Assembly (NCBI GenBank): GCA_035532555.1
Contig: DATKQS010000024.1
Location: forward strand, 162,262-226,261
Reading direction: 5' to 3'
From: Thermoplasmata archaeon
GTDB taxonomy: Archaea > Thermoplasmatota > Thermoplasmata > Lutacidiplasmatales > UBA184
Length of the DNA stretch: 64,000 nt
The stretch's first letter is position 1; every line of letters begins with the position of its first letter. The position numbers were made by a program, and so were the translations under genes. Below the pieces are notes generated by a model, which saw only the letters and a list, made by a program, of their open reading frames with translations, ran no database searches and was not told the origin of the DNA. Below, piece by piece: positions 28,027 through 38,246 of the stretch.

Positions 28027-28356
28027 ATGACGACGCTCGCGATCACCGGGTTCCTCGCTCTGTCCTTCGCGCTCTTCGCGATCGCGATCTTCGGGATCCT
28101 CACGCGTCGGAACTTCATCCTGCTCCTGGTCTCGCTGGAGATCGGGATGAACGCCGCGATCCTGAACTTCGTCTACTTCGCCGCGCTGGCGCCCGTGAAC
28201 GCGGGATCGACGAGCGGGCTATCCGGTCAGTCGATCGCGGTCGTGCTGATCGGCTTCGCCGCGACCGAGATCGCGGTGGGACTCGCGATCGTGCTCGCGC
28301 TCAACCGTTCGAAGGGATCGATCAACGTCGCCGACTCGACCACCCTGAGGAACTGA
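28027..28356 (+). CDS. nuoK: NADH-quinone oxidoreductase subunit K
   Basis: 109 aa, three TM helices; 'LLLVSLEIGMNAAILNFVYFA' is ND4L-like. Confidence 0.85.
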   Translation: MTTLAITGFLALSFALFAIAIFGILTRRNFILLLVSLEIGMNAAILNFVYFAALAPVNAGSTSGLSGQSIAVVLIGFAATEIAVGLAIVLALNRSKGSINVADSTTLRN

Positions 28357-28368
28357 GGAGGAGTCTCG

Positions 28369-30366
28369 ATGGACCTATCGATCCTGTTCGGCTGGGCGTT
28401 CCTCGTACCGCTCCTTCCGGCACTCGCCTTCGTGATCATCGGGGTCCTGGGCAAGCACCTCGGACGGTTCGAGCACGGAGGCTGGATCGCGGTCCTTCTC
28501 TCGGGAGCGGCGATGGTGCTCGGGGTCCTCATCGCGGTCGGCGAGATGCTGAACCCGAACTCGTACACCGACGTCAGCTACACCTGGTTCCACGTCGGCG
28601 CCTCCGGACCGTTCGCCAACGGGGTCTCCTTCGTCGTGGGGACGCTCGTCGATCCGATCTCGGCGTTGATGCTCATCGTGGTCACGGTCGTCGGATTCCT
28701 CGTGATGCTGTACTCCGTAGGGTACATGCACCACGACGAGGGTCTCCCTCGGTACTACGCGCTGCTCTCGCTGTTCCTGACGGCGATGCTCGGCGTGGTC
28801 CTCTCCGACAACCTGCTCGAGTTCTTCCTGTTCTGGGAGCTCGTCGGCGTTTGCTCGTACTTCCTCATCGGGTTCTACTGGCGCAAGCCGAGCGCCTCGA
28901 GCGCGGCGAAGGAGGCGTTCCTGGTCACGCGGATCGGCGACGTGATGTTCCTCCTCGGAATTTTCATCTACTTCTCGGTCTACGCGATGACCGGCCCGAA
29001 CGGCGGCTGGGCCGCGAACGGTTTCCTGTTCGTCCACGGGAGTACGTCGTTCATCCCGATCGGCGCCCCGGGGAGCAGCACGCTGCTCACCGTCGCGGGT
29101 CTCATGTTGCTGGGCGGAGCCGCCGGCAAGAGCGCCCAGTTCCCCCTCGATGTGTGGCTCCCGGACGCGATGGAAGGCCCCACGACCGTCTCCGCGCTCA
29201 TCCACGCTGCGACGATGGTCGCCGCCGGCGTCTATCTGCTGGTCGTGGGGAGCATCTTCCTCGGAGGGTACACCTCGACCGTCCTGTTCGCGATCGTGGC
29301 GGTCGGAGGGTTCACCACCTTCTACGCGGCCACCATGGCCGTCGTCAATACCGACATCAAACGGGTGATCGCGTACTCGACGATCAGTCAGCTCGGCTAC
29401 ATGGTCCTCGCCGTCGGAGCCGGCTTCGCCATGGTCGGCCTGTATCAACTGTTCACGCACGCGTTCTTCAAGGCGCTCTTGTTCCTTGCCGCGGGCGCCA
29501 TCATCCACACGATCGTCACGCAGGACCTGTTCCGGATGGGCGGTCTTGCGAAGAAGATGCGCTACACGTCGATCGCGTTCTTAATCGGCGCGCTCGCGCT
29601 CTCGGGGATCCCGCCGTTCGCCGGGTTCTGGAGCAAGGACGACGTCCTGGCGTCGGTGTATAGCCAGCTCGGGGCGCACCCGGAGTACTGGCCGTTCTTC
29701 ATCCTGGCCTTCGTAACGGTCTTCCTGACGGCCTACTACATCTTCCGGGTCTACTTCCTCGCCTTCTCCGGCGAACGCACCCGAGATGCCAGCCTGCCCG
29801 CGGCGCACGAGGTCCCCTGGGTGATGCTGGTACCGATGATGGTCCTTGCCGGGTTCGCGGTCGTCGCCGGACTCTTCGTCTTCGTCCCGAGCTTCGGGTC
29901 GCTGTTCACGGGGATCCCCGGCCTTGCGACCAACGTGCCCCCATCGTACGGACCGACCGACCTCCTCCTCTCGGCGATCTCGGTGACGCTGGCCGGCGCC
30001 GGGATCCTCCTCGCGTGGGTTCTCTGGGGCAACGGCCGCGTCTACGAGCTCAGGGCGAGCTCGCCCGCCCACTCGATCCGCAACCTCCTCCTCGCCCGGT
30101 ACCACGTCAAGGCGGCCTACGATTGGGTCGGGATGGTCGGCATGTACACGGTCGCCCGGGCCGCCGATTTCTTCGACCGGTTCGTCATCGACGGTGCCGT
30201 GAAGGGGTTCGAACGCTCGTTCCGCTCGATGAGCGACGGGATGCGTCGGATCCAGACCGGGCTCGTCTCCGACTACGCCGCGTATGTCGTCGCCGGGGTC
30301 ATCGCGGTGTTCGTTCTCCTGCTGTTCGTCGCGCCGTACCTCGCGTCGTTGTTCGGAGGTGGCTAG
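28369..30366 (+). CDS. nuoL: NADH-quinone oxidoreductase subunit L (antiporter-like)
   Basis: 665 aa; 'WLPDAMEGPTTVSALIHAATMVAAGVYL' is the Mrp/ND5 antiporter-module signature. Confidence 0.9.
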   Translation: MDLSILFGWAFLVPLLPALAFVIIGVLGKHLGRFEHGGWIAVLLSGAAMVLGVLIAVGEMLNPNSYTDVSYTWFHVGASGPFANGVSFVVGTLVDPISALMLIVVTVVGFLVMLYSVGYMHHDEGLPRYYALLSLFLTAMLGVVLSDNLLEFFLFWELVGVCSYFLIGFYWRKPSASSAAKEAFLVTRIGDVMFLLGIFIYFSVYAMTGPNGGWAANGFLFVHGSTSFIPIGAPGSSTLLTVAGLMLLGGAAGKSAQFPLDVWLPDAMEGPTTVSALIHAATMVAAGVYLLVVGSIFLGGYTSTVLFAIVAVGGFTTFYAATMAVVNTDIKRVIAYSTISQLGYMVLAVGAGFAMVGLYQLFTHAFFKALLFLAAGAIIHTIVTQDLFRMGGLAKKMRYTSIAFLIGALALSGIPPFAGFWSKDDVLASVYSQLGAHPEYWPFFILAFVTVFLTAYYIFRVYFLAFSGERTRDASLPAAHEVPWVMLVPMMVLAGFAVVAGLFVFVPSFGSLFTGIPGLATNVPPSYGPTDLLLSAISVTLAGAGILLAWVLWGNGRVYELRASSPAHSIRNLLLARYHVKAAYDWVGMVGMYTVARAADFFDRFVIDGAVKGFERSFRSMSDGMRRIQTGLVSDYAAYVVAGVIAVFVLLLFVAPYLASLFGGG

Positions 30367-31851
30367 ATGGATTTCTCGACCCTCCCGATCATACCGATCA
30401 CCCTCGGCACGCTGGCGGCCGGCACGGTGCTCACCTTCGCGAGCGGTCGGTGGGCCCGCTGGGTGGCGCTCGCGACCTCGGTCGTCTTCCTCCTCGAGAT
30501 CGGCCTGATGTTCCTCGGCTACACGAGCTGGCCGGGCCGGTCGAGCTCGCTGGTCCCGCAGTTCGGGGAGTACCAGTCGTATCCATGGATCAGCCTGTCC
30601 TGGCTGCAGATCAACTTCACGGTCGGGATCGACGGGATCTCGCTGATCCTGATCCTGCTGACGGGGTTCCTCCAGATCGCGACGGTCGTGTACACCTGGA
30701 ACGAGACGAAGCGCCCCTCCGCCTGGTTCGGCCTCGTCCTGATGACGTGCCTCGGGAGCTTCGGGGTCTTTGTCTCGCTCGACATCCTCCTGTTCTTCCT
30801 GTTCTGGGAGACCGTGCTCGTCCCGATGTTCTTCATCATCGGGTACTGGGGCGGCCCCAACCGCCGGTACGCCGCGCTCAAATTCTTCGTGTACACCCAC
30901 GTCGCATCGATCGTCATGCTCATCGGTCTGCTGGCCCTCGTCTTTTACTCCGGGGCCAGCTCGTTCGACTTCTCCTCGATCTACGCCGCGGCCCAGGGTC
31001 TCACAGGGATCGTCCCGGTGGTGCTCTTCCTCTCGCTGTTCTTCGGCTTCGGCGTCAAGTTCCCGATCGTACCGTTCCACACCTGGCTGCCCGACGCGCA
31101 TGTCGAGGCTCCCACGGGAGGCTCGGTCCTGCTCGCCGGGCTGTTGCTCAAGCTCGGAGGCTACGGGCTGATCCGGTGGGCGGTGATCATCCTACCGACC
31201 ACGCTGACCCAGGTCGATCCGATCCTGTTCTTCGTCGCGTTCCTGTCGATCGTTTGGGGAGCCGTGCTCTCGCTCTCCCAGCGCGATCTCAAGCGGATGA
31301 TCGCGTACTCGTCGATCAACCACATGGGGATCGTCCTCCTCGCGATCTCCCTGAACTCCGCGCTCGGGCTCACGGCCGCGGTGCTGCTCATGTTCGCGCA
31401 CGGCGTTGTCAGCGCGCTCCTGTTCATGGGGGCGGGGACGTTCCACCATACCTACGGGACGCGCGACATCCCGAGCGTCGGGGGCATCAACTCGCGCACG
31501 CCGATCCTCGCCTCGTTGATCATGATCGGGAGCTTAGCGTCGCTCGGGTTACCCGCGTTGATCAGCTTCCCCGCCGAGTTCGCGGCCCTGCTCGCCACGT
31601 GGGACGGGCTCACGTACCTCGTGCTGATCCCGCTCATCGGGCTCGTCGTCACCGCGGCGTTCTACATCTGGATGATGCAGCGCGTGCTGTTCGGTCCTCC
31701 GAAAGGGATCCCGAACGACGCGCACGACGTCCCGCCGGCCGAAGGGCTCGGGATGGGCATGCTCGCGGCGCTCACCGTCATCTTCGGGGTACTGCCGTTC
31801 CTGCTCGTGAACGTGATCACGATGTCGCCGATCACGGGGTGGCACGGATGA
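30367..31851 (+). CDS. nuoM: NADH-quinone oxidoreductase subunit M
   Basis: 494 aa; 'HTWLPDAHVEAPTGGSVLLAGLLLKLGGYG' is the ND4 signature. Confidence 0.9.
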   Translation: MDFSTLPIIPITLGTLAAGTVLTFASGRWARWVALATSVVFLLEIGLMFLGYTSWPGRSSSLVPQFGEYQSYPWISLSWLQINFTVGIDGISLILILLTGFLQIATVVYTWNETKRPSAWFGLVLMTCLGSFGVFVSLDILLFFLFWETVLVPMFFIIGYWGGPNRRYAALKFFVYTHVASIVMLIGLLALVFYSGASSFDFSSIYAAAQGLTGIVPVVLFLSLFFGFGVKFPIVPFHTWLPDAHVEAPTGGSVLLAGLLLKLGGYGLIRWAVIILPTTLTQVDPILFFVAFLSIVWGAVLSLSQRDLKRMIAYSSINHMGIVLLAISLNSALGLTAAVLLMFAHGVVSALLFMGAGTFHHTYGTRDIPSVGGINSRTPILASLIMIGSLASLGLPALISFPAEFAALLATWDGLTYLVLIPLIGLVVTAAFYIWMMQRVLFGPPKGIPNDAHDVPPAEGLGMGMLAALTVIFGVLPFLLVNVITMSPITGWHG

Positions 31852-31864
31852 ACGGAGGCGGTCG

Positions 31865-33457
31865 ATGACCTTCGCGGATTTCGCGCTGCCGTTCCTCCCG
31901 GAGATCCTCGTCCTGGTGGGCGTTCTCCTCGTGCTCATCCTCGACGTCCTCGGCGTCAAGCGGATCGAGGTGTTCGGGTCGATCACGGTCGGGGCGACGC
32001 TCCTTGCGCTCCTGTTCGTGATCGCCGATCTAGGGTTCCTTCCGTTCGCCGCGCTCTCCACGGTGCCGGCGGGCCAGATTGACATCTCGCTCGCCGTCGT
32101 GGGAACTCCGTTATACTCGTTCACGAGCCTCGGGTTCGTCTTCCAGGCGATCTTCCTCTCGGCGACCCTCCTCGTGAGCCTCGCCTCGATGAGCCGACCG
32201 AGCTACGAGAAGGGCGCCGCGGTCTTCTACGCGCTCGTTGGGATGGCCACGCTCGGGATGCTCCTCGTGGGCATCGCCTCCGACCTGATCTTCCTGCTCC
32301 TCGCGATCGAGGTGACGGCGATCTCGACGTACCTCCTCGTCGGGTACACGCGCCGCGACCCCCGCTCCCTCGAGGCCGCGATGAAGTTCTACGTCATCGG
32401 CGCGCTCTCGACCGTGATCAGCTTCTTCGGAGCGTCACTGCTCTTCGGCGCGTATGGATCGACGAACCTGTACTACATCCGGAGCGTTGGTGGCGCGGTC
32501 GGATACCCCACGCTGATCCTCCTCGGATACGGTCTTTTGATCGCCGGGCTCGCGTTCAAGGTCACGTTGGTCCCCTTCCACGCCTGGGCTGTCGACGTGT
32601 ACGACGGCGCTCCGTCGGACGTCTCGGCGTTCCTCGCGGGCGGCACGAAGAAGATCGGGCTGTTCGCGTTCTTCCTGGTCTTCTTGGGGCCGGTGCTGTT
32701 CTTCACGACCACGGGCACCAGCAATCCGTTCAACGCCGGAGTGCTGAACACGGGGCCGATCTTCCAGATCGTGCTGGGGGTGCTCGCCGTCGTGACGATG
32801 ACCGTGGGCAACGTGCTCGCGCTGATGCAGAAGGAGATGAAGCGAATGCTCGCCTATTCCTCGATCAGCCAGGTCGGCTACATGATGATCGGCATTGTGA
32901 TCGCCACCTCGCCGGCGATCGCCGGGGCCACGCTGCAGATCTTCTCGCACACGTTCATGAAGACCGGGGCCTTCCTCGTCGTCGCCGCGGTCGCGAGCCT
33001 CGGGATCGGCCCACTCATCTCCGACTGGAAGGGGCTCGGCCAGCGCCGGCCGTGGCTGAGCGTCGCCTTCGCGCTGATCCTCCTGAGCCTCGCGGGCGTT
33101 CCGCTCACGGTCGGCTTCGTGTCGAAGTTCGTGCTGTTCAGCTCGGCGGTCCAGGCGCAAGGCTACTTCATCTGGCTCGCGGTCGCCGGTCTGCTCAACA
33201 GCGCGATCTCCGTGTTCTACTATGGGCGAGTGCTGAAGGTGATGTTCTTCGACGCTCCAGATCCCGTGGTGGAAGTCCCGGCGGCGGGCCCGACCGCGCC
33301 GGCGCCCGAGCGCATCCCCGTGGGCGGGCTCGGGTACGCCCGCGCGAGCACGATCGCCCTCATCGCCGTCGTCATCGTCACCTTCGGCATCTTCCCTCAG
33401 GTGATCCTCGGACCGATCCAGAGCGCCGCGCAGCACTTCCTCATCGCCGGACCGTGA
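31865..33457 (+). CDS. nuoN: NADH-quinone oxidoreductase subunit N
   Basis: 530 aa; 'FHAWAVDVYDGAPSDVSAFLAGGTKKIGLFAF' is the ND2 signature. Confidence 0.9.
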   Translation: MTFADFALPFLPEILVLVGVLLVLILDVLGVKRIEVFGSITVGATLLALLFVIADLGFLPFAALSTVPAGQIDISLAVVGTPLYSFTSLGFVFQAIFLSATLLVSLASMSRPSYEKGAAVFYALVGMATLGMLLVGIASDLIFLLLAIEVTAISTYLLVGYTRRDPRSLEAAMKFYVIGALSTVISFFGASLLFGAYGSTNLYYIRSVGGAVGYPTLILLGYGLLIAGLAFKVTLVPFHAWAVDVYDGAPSDVSAFLAGGTKKIGLFAFFLVFLGPVLFFTTTGTSNPFNAGVLNTGPIFQIVLGVLAVVTMTVGNVLALMQKEMKRMLAYSSISQVGYMMIGIVIATSPAIAGATLQIFSHTFMKTGAFLVVAAVASLGIGPLISDWKGLGQRRPWLSVAFALILLSLAGVPLTVGFVSKFVLFSSAVQAQGYFIWLAVAGLLNSAISVFYYGRVLKVMFFDAPDPVVEVPAAGPTAPAPERIPVGGLGYARASTIALIAVVIVTFGIFPQVILGPIQSAAQHFLIAGP

Positions 33458-33462
33458 GCCCT

Positions 33463-34563
33463 ATGGAGGAGTTCGACGTGGTGGTCGTCGGCGCCGGGCC
33501 GGCCGGCTCCCTCGCCGCCCGTGCCGCGGCCGAAGCGGGCGCGCGGACCCTACTGCTCGACCGCCGCGCCGAGCTCGGAGAGCCCGTCCAATGCGGCGAG
33601 TTCCTGCCTACCCCGGGCGAGCTCGCCGACATCTTCCACTCCCCCGAGCTGATCGAAGAGGCGTTCCAGATCCCCCCGGAGACGATCCTGCGGGAGACCC
33701 ACTGGATGGCATGCGTCTCTCCTTCGGGCCACCGGTTCCGCTTCCCACTCGCGGGCTACATGGTCTCCCGACGGGCGTTCGACAAGGCCCTGGCCTGCGC
33801 GGCCGAGGGCGCCGGGGCCGAGCTGCGCTACCCCGTTGGGGTCGCGCGCGTGAGCGGCGAGCGGGTCGAGATGGTGAACGGTACGACCGTCCGCGCGAAG
33901 GTCATCATCGGGGCCGACGGCCCGACCTCGACCGTCGCCCGCTCGGTGGGCTTCGCGCCCTCCCGGGAGATGTTCCGCATGATCACCGCGACCGCCGACG
34001 GGGTCGGCGGTGATGAGATCGACCTGTACTTCGGGCGCTCGGCTCCCGGAGGGTACGCCTGGTCGTTCCCGCGCTCGACGGACGCGAACGTCGGCCTCGG
34101 TGTCACGGAGCTACCGCCCGGCGAATCGCTCAGTTCACTGCTCGACCGCTTCCTCAAGCGGGAGCGGCTCGGCGTCGCCCGCGACCGGACCCGCTGGTGG
34201 GTCCCCATCGGGCCCCCGCCCGACACGCTCGTGTTCGGCCGGGCCCTGTTCTGTGGGGATGCCGCGAACCTCGTGATGGCCACGAACGGCGGAGGGATCC
34301 CGACGGCGATGCTCAGCGGCTGGCTCGCGGGCCGTGCGGCGGCGCGGCACGCCCGGGAAGGCGCGCCTCTCTCCGAGTACGATCTTGCCTGGCGCTCGGT
34401 CCTCGCCCCCCCCCTCGCCCGAGGCCACCGGATCAAGGAAACGACCGACCGGGTCGTCCGTTCGGACCTCGCCCTGACGCTGGGAATGAGATATATTGGA
34501 GCGTCGGGATTGGATGCGGTGATGCGCCTGAGGTGGCCGCGCCGCCTCGGGAGGGCTTCGTGA
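33463..34563 (+). CDS. geranylgeranyl reductase family protein (digeranylgeranylglycerophospholipid reductase-like)
   Basis: 'MEEFDVVVVGAGPAGSLAARAAAEAGARTLLLDRR' is an FAD Rossmann motif; 'GDAANLVMATNGGGIPTAM'. Five bp after the nuoN stop. The track ORF is extended upstream in frame. Confidence 0.85.
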   Translation: MEEFDVVVVGAGPAGSLAARAAAEAGARTLLLDRRAELGEPVQCGEFLPTPGELADIFHSPELIEEAFQIPPETILRETHWMACVSPSGHRFRFPLAGYMVSRRAFDKALACAAEGAGAELRYPVGVARVSGERVEMVNGTTVRAKVIIGADGPTSTVARSVGFAPSREMFRMITATADGVGGDEIDLYFGRSAPGGYAWSFPRSTDANVGLGVTELPPGESLSSLLDRFLKRERLGVARDRTRWWVPIGPPPDTLVFGRALFCGDAANLVMATNGGGIPTAMLSGWLAGRAAARHAREGAPLSEYDLAWRSVLAPPLARGHRIKETTDRVVRSDLALTLGMRYIGASGLDAVMRLRWPRRLGRAS

Positions 34564-35624
34564 CGAGCAGTCATCCACTTCCGGACGCAGGCATCGATTC
34601 CTCGGCCCTCGAGGCGGTCGTCCGACAAACGATCGGGGCGGAGGCCCTCGCGGAGCTCTCCGCGCTCCTCCCGGTGCTCGTTCGCGACCTCGCGGACGTC
34701 GATTGGCGGGTAGAGCAGGCGCTGGGTTCGCAGTACTCCCAACTGAGCGAGGCGGCGCGTTACGCGTGCTCCACCGGTGGCAAGCGGGTGCGTCCGCTCC
34801 TCATGGCGACGATGGCGCGCGCCCTCGGCGCCACCACCACCCAACCCCTTTTGTCGCTCGCGGCCGCGTTCCAGCTCATTCACACCGCCAGTCTCGTGCA
34901 CGACGACGTCATCGATCACGCCGATCTGCGCCGAGGAAGGCCGTCCATGCCCCGTGCGTATGGAACGGCCCTCGCCATCGTGACGGGCGATTACCTGTTC
35001 GTTCGCGCCTTCGAGCTCGCCGCCGAGTACCCGAAGGCGATCATCGTCCGATGCGGGGAGGCCTGCGCGGAACTGGTCGAGGGCGAGGTGCTCCAGGAGA
35101 ATACCCTGTTCGATCTCGCCTCGGGCCGGGAACACTACCTGCGCGTGGTCGAGCGGAAGACCGCGTCGATCGTGGCGGCGGCCCTCTCCTCGGTCGCGGA
35201 GCTCGCCGGAGCTCCCCAAGCCACCATCGACGCCGCCGGCACGTACGGCCGGTCGCTCGGCATCTCCTTCCAAATCCGGGACGATCTACTGGATGTCTAC
35301 GGCGACCCGGACCTATTGGGAAAGCCGCTCTACGCGGACTTCCGGGAGGGAAACCCCACCCTCGTCGCGATCGAGACCTACGCTCGGCTCGACCCGAAGC
35401 GCCAGACCGAGTTCGAGCGACTGTTCCAGCGCCGGCACAAGAAAGCGAGCCACCTCATCCGCATGCGGGAGCTTGCCGATGCCGCGGGGGTCCGAGAGCC
35501 GATCACCCTCGAATCCCAGCTCTGGGCCGAGCGCGCGATCCGCGCGCTCGCTCCGGTTCCCCCGGGACCGTACCGCGTGCTGCTCGAGCGGCTGGCCCAC
35601 GGGGCGGCCGAGCGCCGGTTCTGA
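34560..35624 (+). CDS. polyprenyl (geranylgeranyl) diphosphate synthase
   Basis: FARM 'LIHTASLVHDDVIDHADLRRG' and SARM 'FQIRDDLLDVYGD'. GTG start in a GTGA overlap with the reductase stop. Confidence 0.8.
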   Translation: MTSSHPLPDAGIDSSALEAVVRQTIGAEALAELSALLPVLVRDLADVDWRVEQALGSQYSQLSEAARYACSTGGKRVRPLLMATMARALGATTTQPLLSLAAAFQLIHTASLVHDDVIDHADLRRGRPSMPRAYGTALAIVTGDYLFVRAFELAAEYPKAIIVRCGEACAELVEGEVLQENTLFDLASGREHYLRVVERKTASIVAAALSSVAELAGAPQATIDAAGTYGRSLGISFQIRDDLLDVYGDPDLLGKPLYADFREGNPTLVAIETYARLDPKRQTEFERLFQRRHKKASHLIRMRELADAAGVREPITLESQLWAERAIRALAPVPPGPYRVLLERLAHGAAERRF

Positions 35625-35693
35625 GCGTTCCGCTGGAGCGAAACCTACATAGTCGCCTCCGCCGCATCGAACGGCTCGGACGGGACTCCAACG

Positions 35694-36149
35694 ATGTCTC
35701 CGGCAGCCCACGGTACGGTCCATGAATTCGACCACCTCCCGGAGTCCTGGGAGACGTTCGCCCACGTCCCACGCCGCCCGATCGGCGTGGCGGTGCTCTC
35801 GGCCCTCATCGCGGCCGCCGGCATGCTCGCCATCGTGGGAGCCGCCTTCTTCCTCATCTCCCATTACATGGGATGGGCCACGCCGACGAGCGTTCTACCG
35901 GCCCCGCTCAACTTCGCCGGCATCCTCGCGGGACCCTTCGGCGCGATGATCACGCTTGTCGTGGGCGGGGTCGGCCTCGGGGTGGCGACCAGCCTGTGGC
36001 GCCAGGAGGTCTGGGCGCTGTGGACGGTCACCGTGTTCGCCTTCGCCGGGGTCGCCTACTTGGTCCTGACCGGCTCCTTCACGGTGCTCCTCGCCCTCCT
36101 CGTGATCCTGGTGGTCTACATGCTCACCGTGCGCCGCTACTTCTTCTGA
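35694..36149 (+). CDS. hypothetical small integral membrane protein (four TM helices)
   Basis: Hydrophobic segments 'IGVAVLSALIAAAGMLAIVGAAFFLI', 'FAGILAGPFGAMITLVVGGVGLGVA', 'LWTVTVFAFAGVAYLVL' and 'FTVLLALLVILVVYML'. Confidence 0.4.
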   Translation: MSPAAHGTVHEFDHLPESWETFAHVPRRPIGVAVLSALIAAAGMLAIVGAAFFLISHYMGWATPTSVLPAPLNFAGILAGPFGAMITLVVGGVGLGVATSLWRQEVWALWTVTVFAFAGVAYLVLTGSFTVLLALLVILVVYMLTVRRYFF

Positions 36150-36197
36150 CCTCGGGACGCCGTCCGGATCGAGCTTCGTTCGACTCCAACCTTGGAC

Positions 36198-36204
36198 TTA
36201 TAGA
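36198..36204 (+). promoter_or_regulatory. TATA-like box (TTATAGA) upstream of top6B
   Basis: Only 9 bp before the GTG at 36213 but 24 bp before the in-frame GTG at 36228, which argues that 36228 is the leaderless start. Confidence 0.35.
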
Positions 36205-36212
36205 GGTCCATC

Positions 36213-38246
36213 GTGCCTCGCACTCTCGTGGCCCCGGCCCGTTCCATCGCCGAGCAATTGGCGTCGAAGCAGCGCGAGATCTCGGTCGCCGAGTTCTTCG
36301 AGCGGAACCGCCAGATCCTGGGGTTCGACAACCCCCAGCGCTCCCTCCTGACGACGGTCAAGGAGGCCGTCGATAACGGCCTCGACGCCTCGGAGGAGGC
36401 CGGGATCCTGCCCGACCTCCGGGTGGAGATCTCGAAGGAGGGCGAGAGCGGCGACCGGCTGCGGGTGGCGGTCGAGGACAGCGGGCCGGGGATCGTGCGG
36501 CGCGAGATCCCGAACGTCTTCGGCCGTCTCCTCTACGGCTCCCGATTCCATTCCAACCGCCAGGCGCGCGGGCAGCAGGGGATCGGGATCTCGGCGGCGG
36601 TGCTGTACGCGGGCCTCACCACCGCTCGCCCGGCCCGGATCACCTCGAAGATCGCCGAGGAGGAAGGAGCGCGGGTGCTCGAGCTCATCCTCGACACCCA
36701 AAAGAACCTCCCCCGGATCATCTCCGAAGAGGTCCGGCTCTGGGACCGGGAGCACGGCACGCGCATCGAGCTCGTCCTGAAGGCGAAGTACGTTCGCGGT
36801 CGGCAGTCTCCGCTCGAGTATCTCCGCGGCACGGCGATCGTCAACCCGCACGCGCGGATCGTTCTCGTGGAGCCGGACGGGACCAAGGTCACCTTCGAAC
36901 GCGCGACGAGCGATCTACCGCCCATCTCCAAGGAGACGCTGCCGCATCCGTACGGACTCGAGCTCGGCGAGCTCGGCTACCTCTTGAAGGCCTCCAAGCG
37001 TGAGAACATCCGCGAAATGCTCTCCCGCGACCTCGCCGGCGTGAGCGTGCGGACCTCGCGCGAGGTCGTAGCGGCGGCCGGCCTCAAAGGCAGCGAGGCA
37101 CCGGCGTCGCTCTCGGGCGAGGCCCAGGAGAAGCTCCTCGCCGGCCTTCGCAGTGTGGAACTGGTGGCCCCCTCGGCGGAGGGTCTCTCCCCGATCGGCC
37201 CCATGCTCATCAAACGCGGACTGCGCAACGTGCTCGGCGACGTGCGCCCGGATTTCTTCGCGCCTCCCGTCAGCCGGCCCCCAAAGGTGCGCGGAGGGTT
37301 CCCGTTCCTCGTGGAGGTCGGCCTCGTCTACGGCGGTGGGCTGCCGGCCGACCAGCCTCTGCAGCTCCTCCGGTTCGCCAATCGGGTCCCCCTGCTCTTC
37401 CAGCAGGGCGCCTGCGCGATCACGAGCGCCGTCGGCTCGATCGATTGGCGGCGCTACGGCCTCGATCAGAAGGGTGGGAACGGGCTCCCGACGGGCCCGT
37501 GCCTATTGCTCGTGCACGTGGCCTCCACCAAGATCCCGTTCACGAGTGAGGCGAAGGAGGCGCTCGCCGAGGACGAGGACCTCGACCGCGAGCTCACGCT
37601 GGCGATCCAGGCCGCGGCCCGTCACCTGAAGACCCATCTCTCTCGGGTCGGGCGGCGCCAGTTCGCGAGCGACAAGTTCGCGATCATCCAGAAGATCCTG
37701 CCCCGGCTCGCGGAGAAGGCGAGCCGCCTGATCGACCAGCCCGTGCCCGATCTCGCCCCGGTGATCACGAAGATCATGGACGTGGTGACCCTCGAACCCA
37801 CGGTCGTTGCCGACGCGCGCTCGGTGCGGATCGTGGTGGAGATCACCAACTACACGGCTCGGCCCCGCGTCCTCGAAGTCTTCCTGGAGGTCGACCCGAC
37901 GACGCTCGCGCTCGCCGAGTACGCGCCGGCTCCCGAGGGGATCGACCGCGGGCTCGGACGGGCCTGGTGGACCCTCGAAAAGCTGGCCTCCAACGCGCGC
38001 ACCCAGATCGAGCTTCGGTTCCCCGCCCGGACCGACGTCGAGGCCAACGACCTCGATTTCTACGTGGCCGGCGTCGACGAAGCTCATCTCCTGGGCGCCG
38101 ATCCGCTCCCCGGCGACTGGGACGTACGCCTCCCCCGCGCGATCATCGAGGCGGCCGAGGCCGCCGAGAACGGCCCTACCGACGAAGAGGAGGTGGACTA
38201 CGATGCCGCGGAAGCGAGCGCCCACGTCTCCGAAGACGAAAGCTGA
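36213..38246 (+). CDS. top6B: DNA topoisomerase VI subunit B
   Basis: '[38 protein letters not shown]' is the Bergerat/GHKL ATP-binding N-terminus; H2TH and transducer regions follow. The real start is probably the GTG at 36228. Confidence 0.85.
   Translation: MPRTLVAPARSIAEQLASKQREISVAEFFERNRQILGFDNPQRSLLTTVKEAVDNGLDASEEAGILPDLRVEISKEGESGDRLRVAVEDSGPGIVRREIPNVFGRLLYGSRFHSNRQARGQQGIGISAAVLYAGLTTARPARITSKIAEEEGARVLELILDTQKNLPRIISEEVRLWDREHGTRIELVLKAKYVRGRQSPLEYLRGTAIVNPHARIVLVEPDGTKVTFERATSDLPPISKETLPHPYGLELGELGYLLKASKRENIREMLSRDLAGVSVRTSREVVAAAGLKGSEAPASLSGEAQEKLLAGLRSVELVAPSAEGLSPIGPMLIKRGLRNVLGDVRPDFFAPPVSRPPKVRGGFPFLVEVGLVYGGGLPADQPLQLLRFANRVPLLFQQGACAITSAVGSIDWRRYGLDQKGGNGLPTGPCLLLVHVASTKIPFTSEAKEALAEDEDLDRELTLAIQAAARHLKTHLSRVGRRQFASDKFAIIQKILPRLAEKASRLIDQPVPDLAPVITKIMDVVTLEPTVVADARSVRIVVEITNYTARPRVLEVFLEVDPTTLALAEYAPAPEGIDRGLGRAWWTLEKLASNARTQIELRFPARTDVEANDLDFYVAGVDEAHLLGADPLPGDWDVRLPRAIIEAAEAAENGPTDEEEVDYDAAEASAHVSEDES

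Noticed and set aside
36213-36227. First five codons of the track's top6B ORF (GTG at 36213)
   Set aside because: A TATA-like box lies only 9 bp upstream, too close for a promoter. The in-frame GTG at 36228 is at leaderless spacing and is preferred; the gene call keeps 36213 with this caveat.
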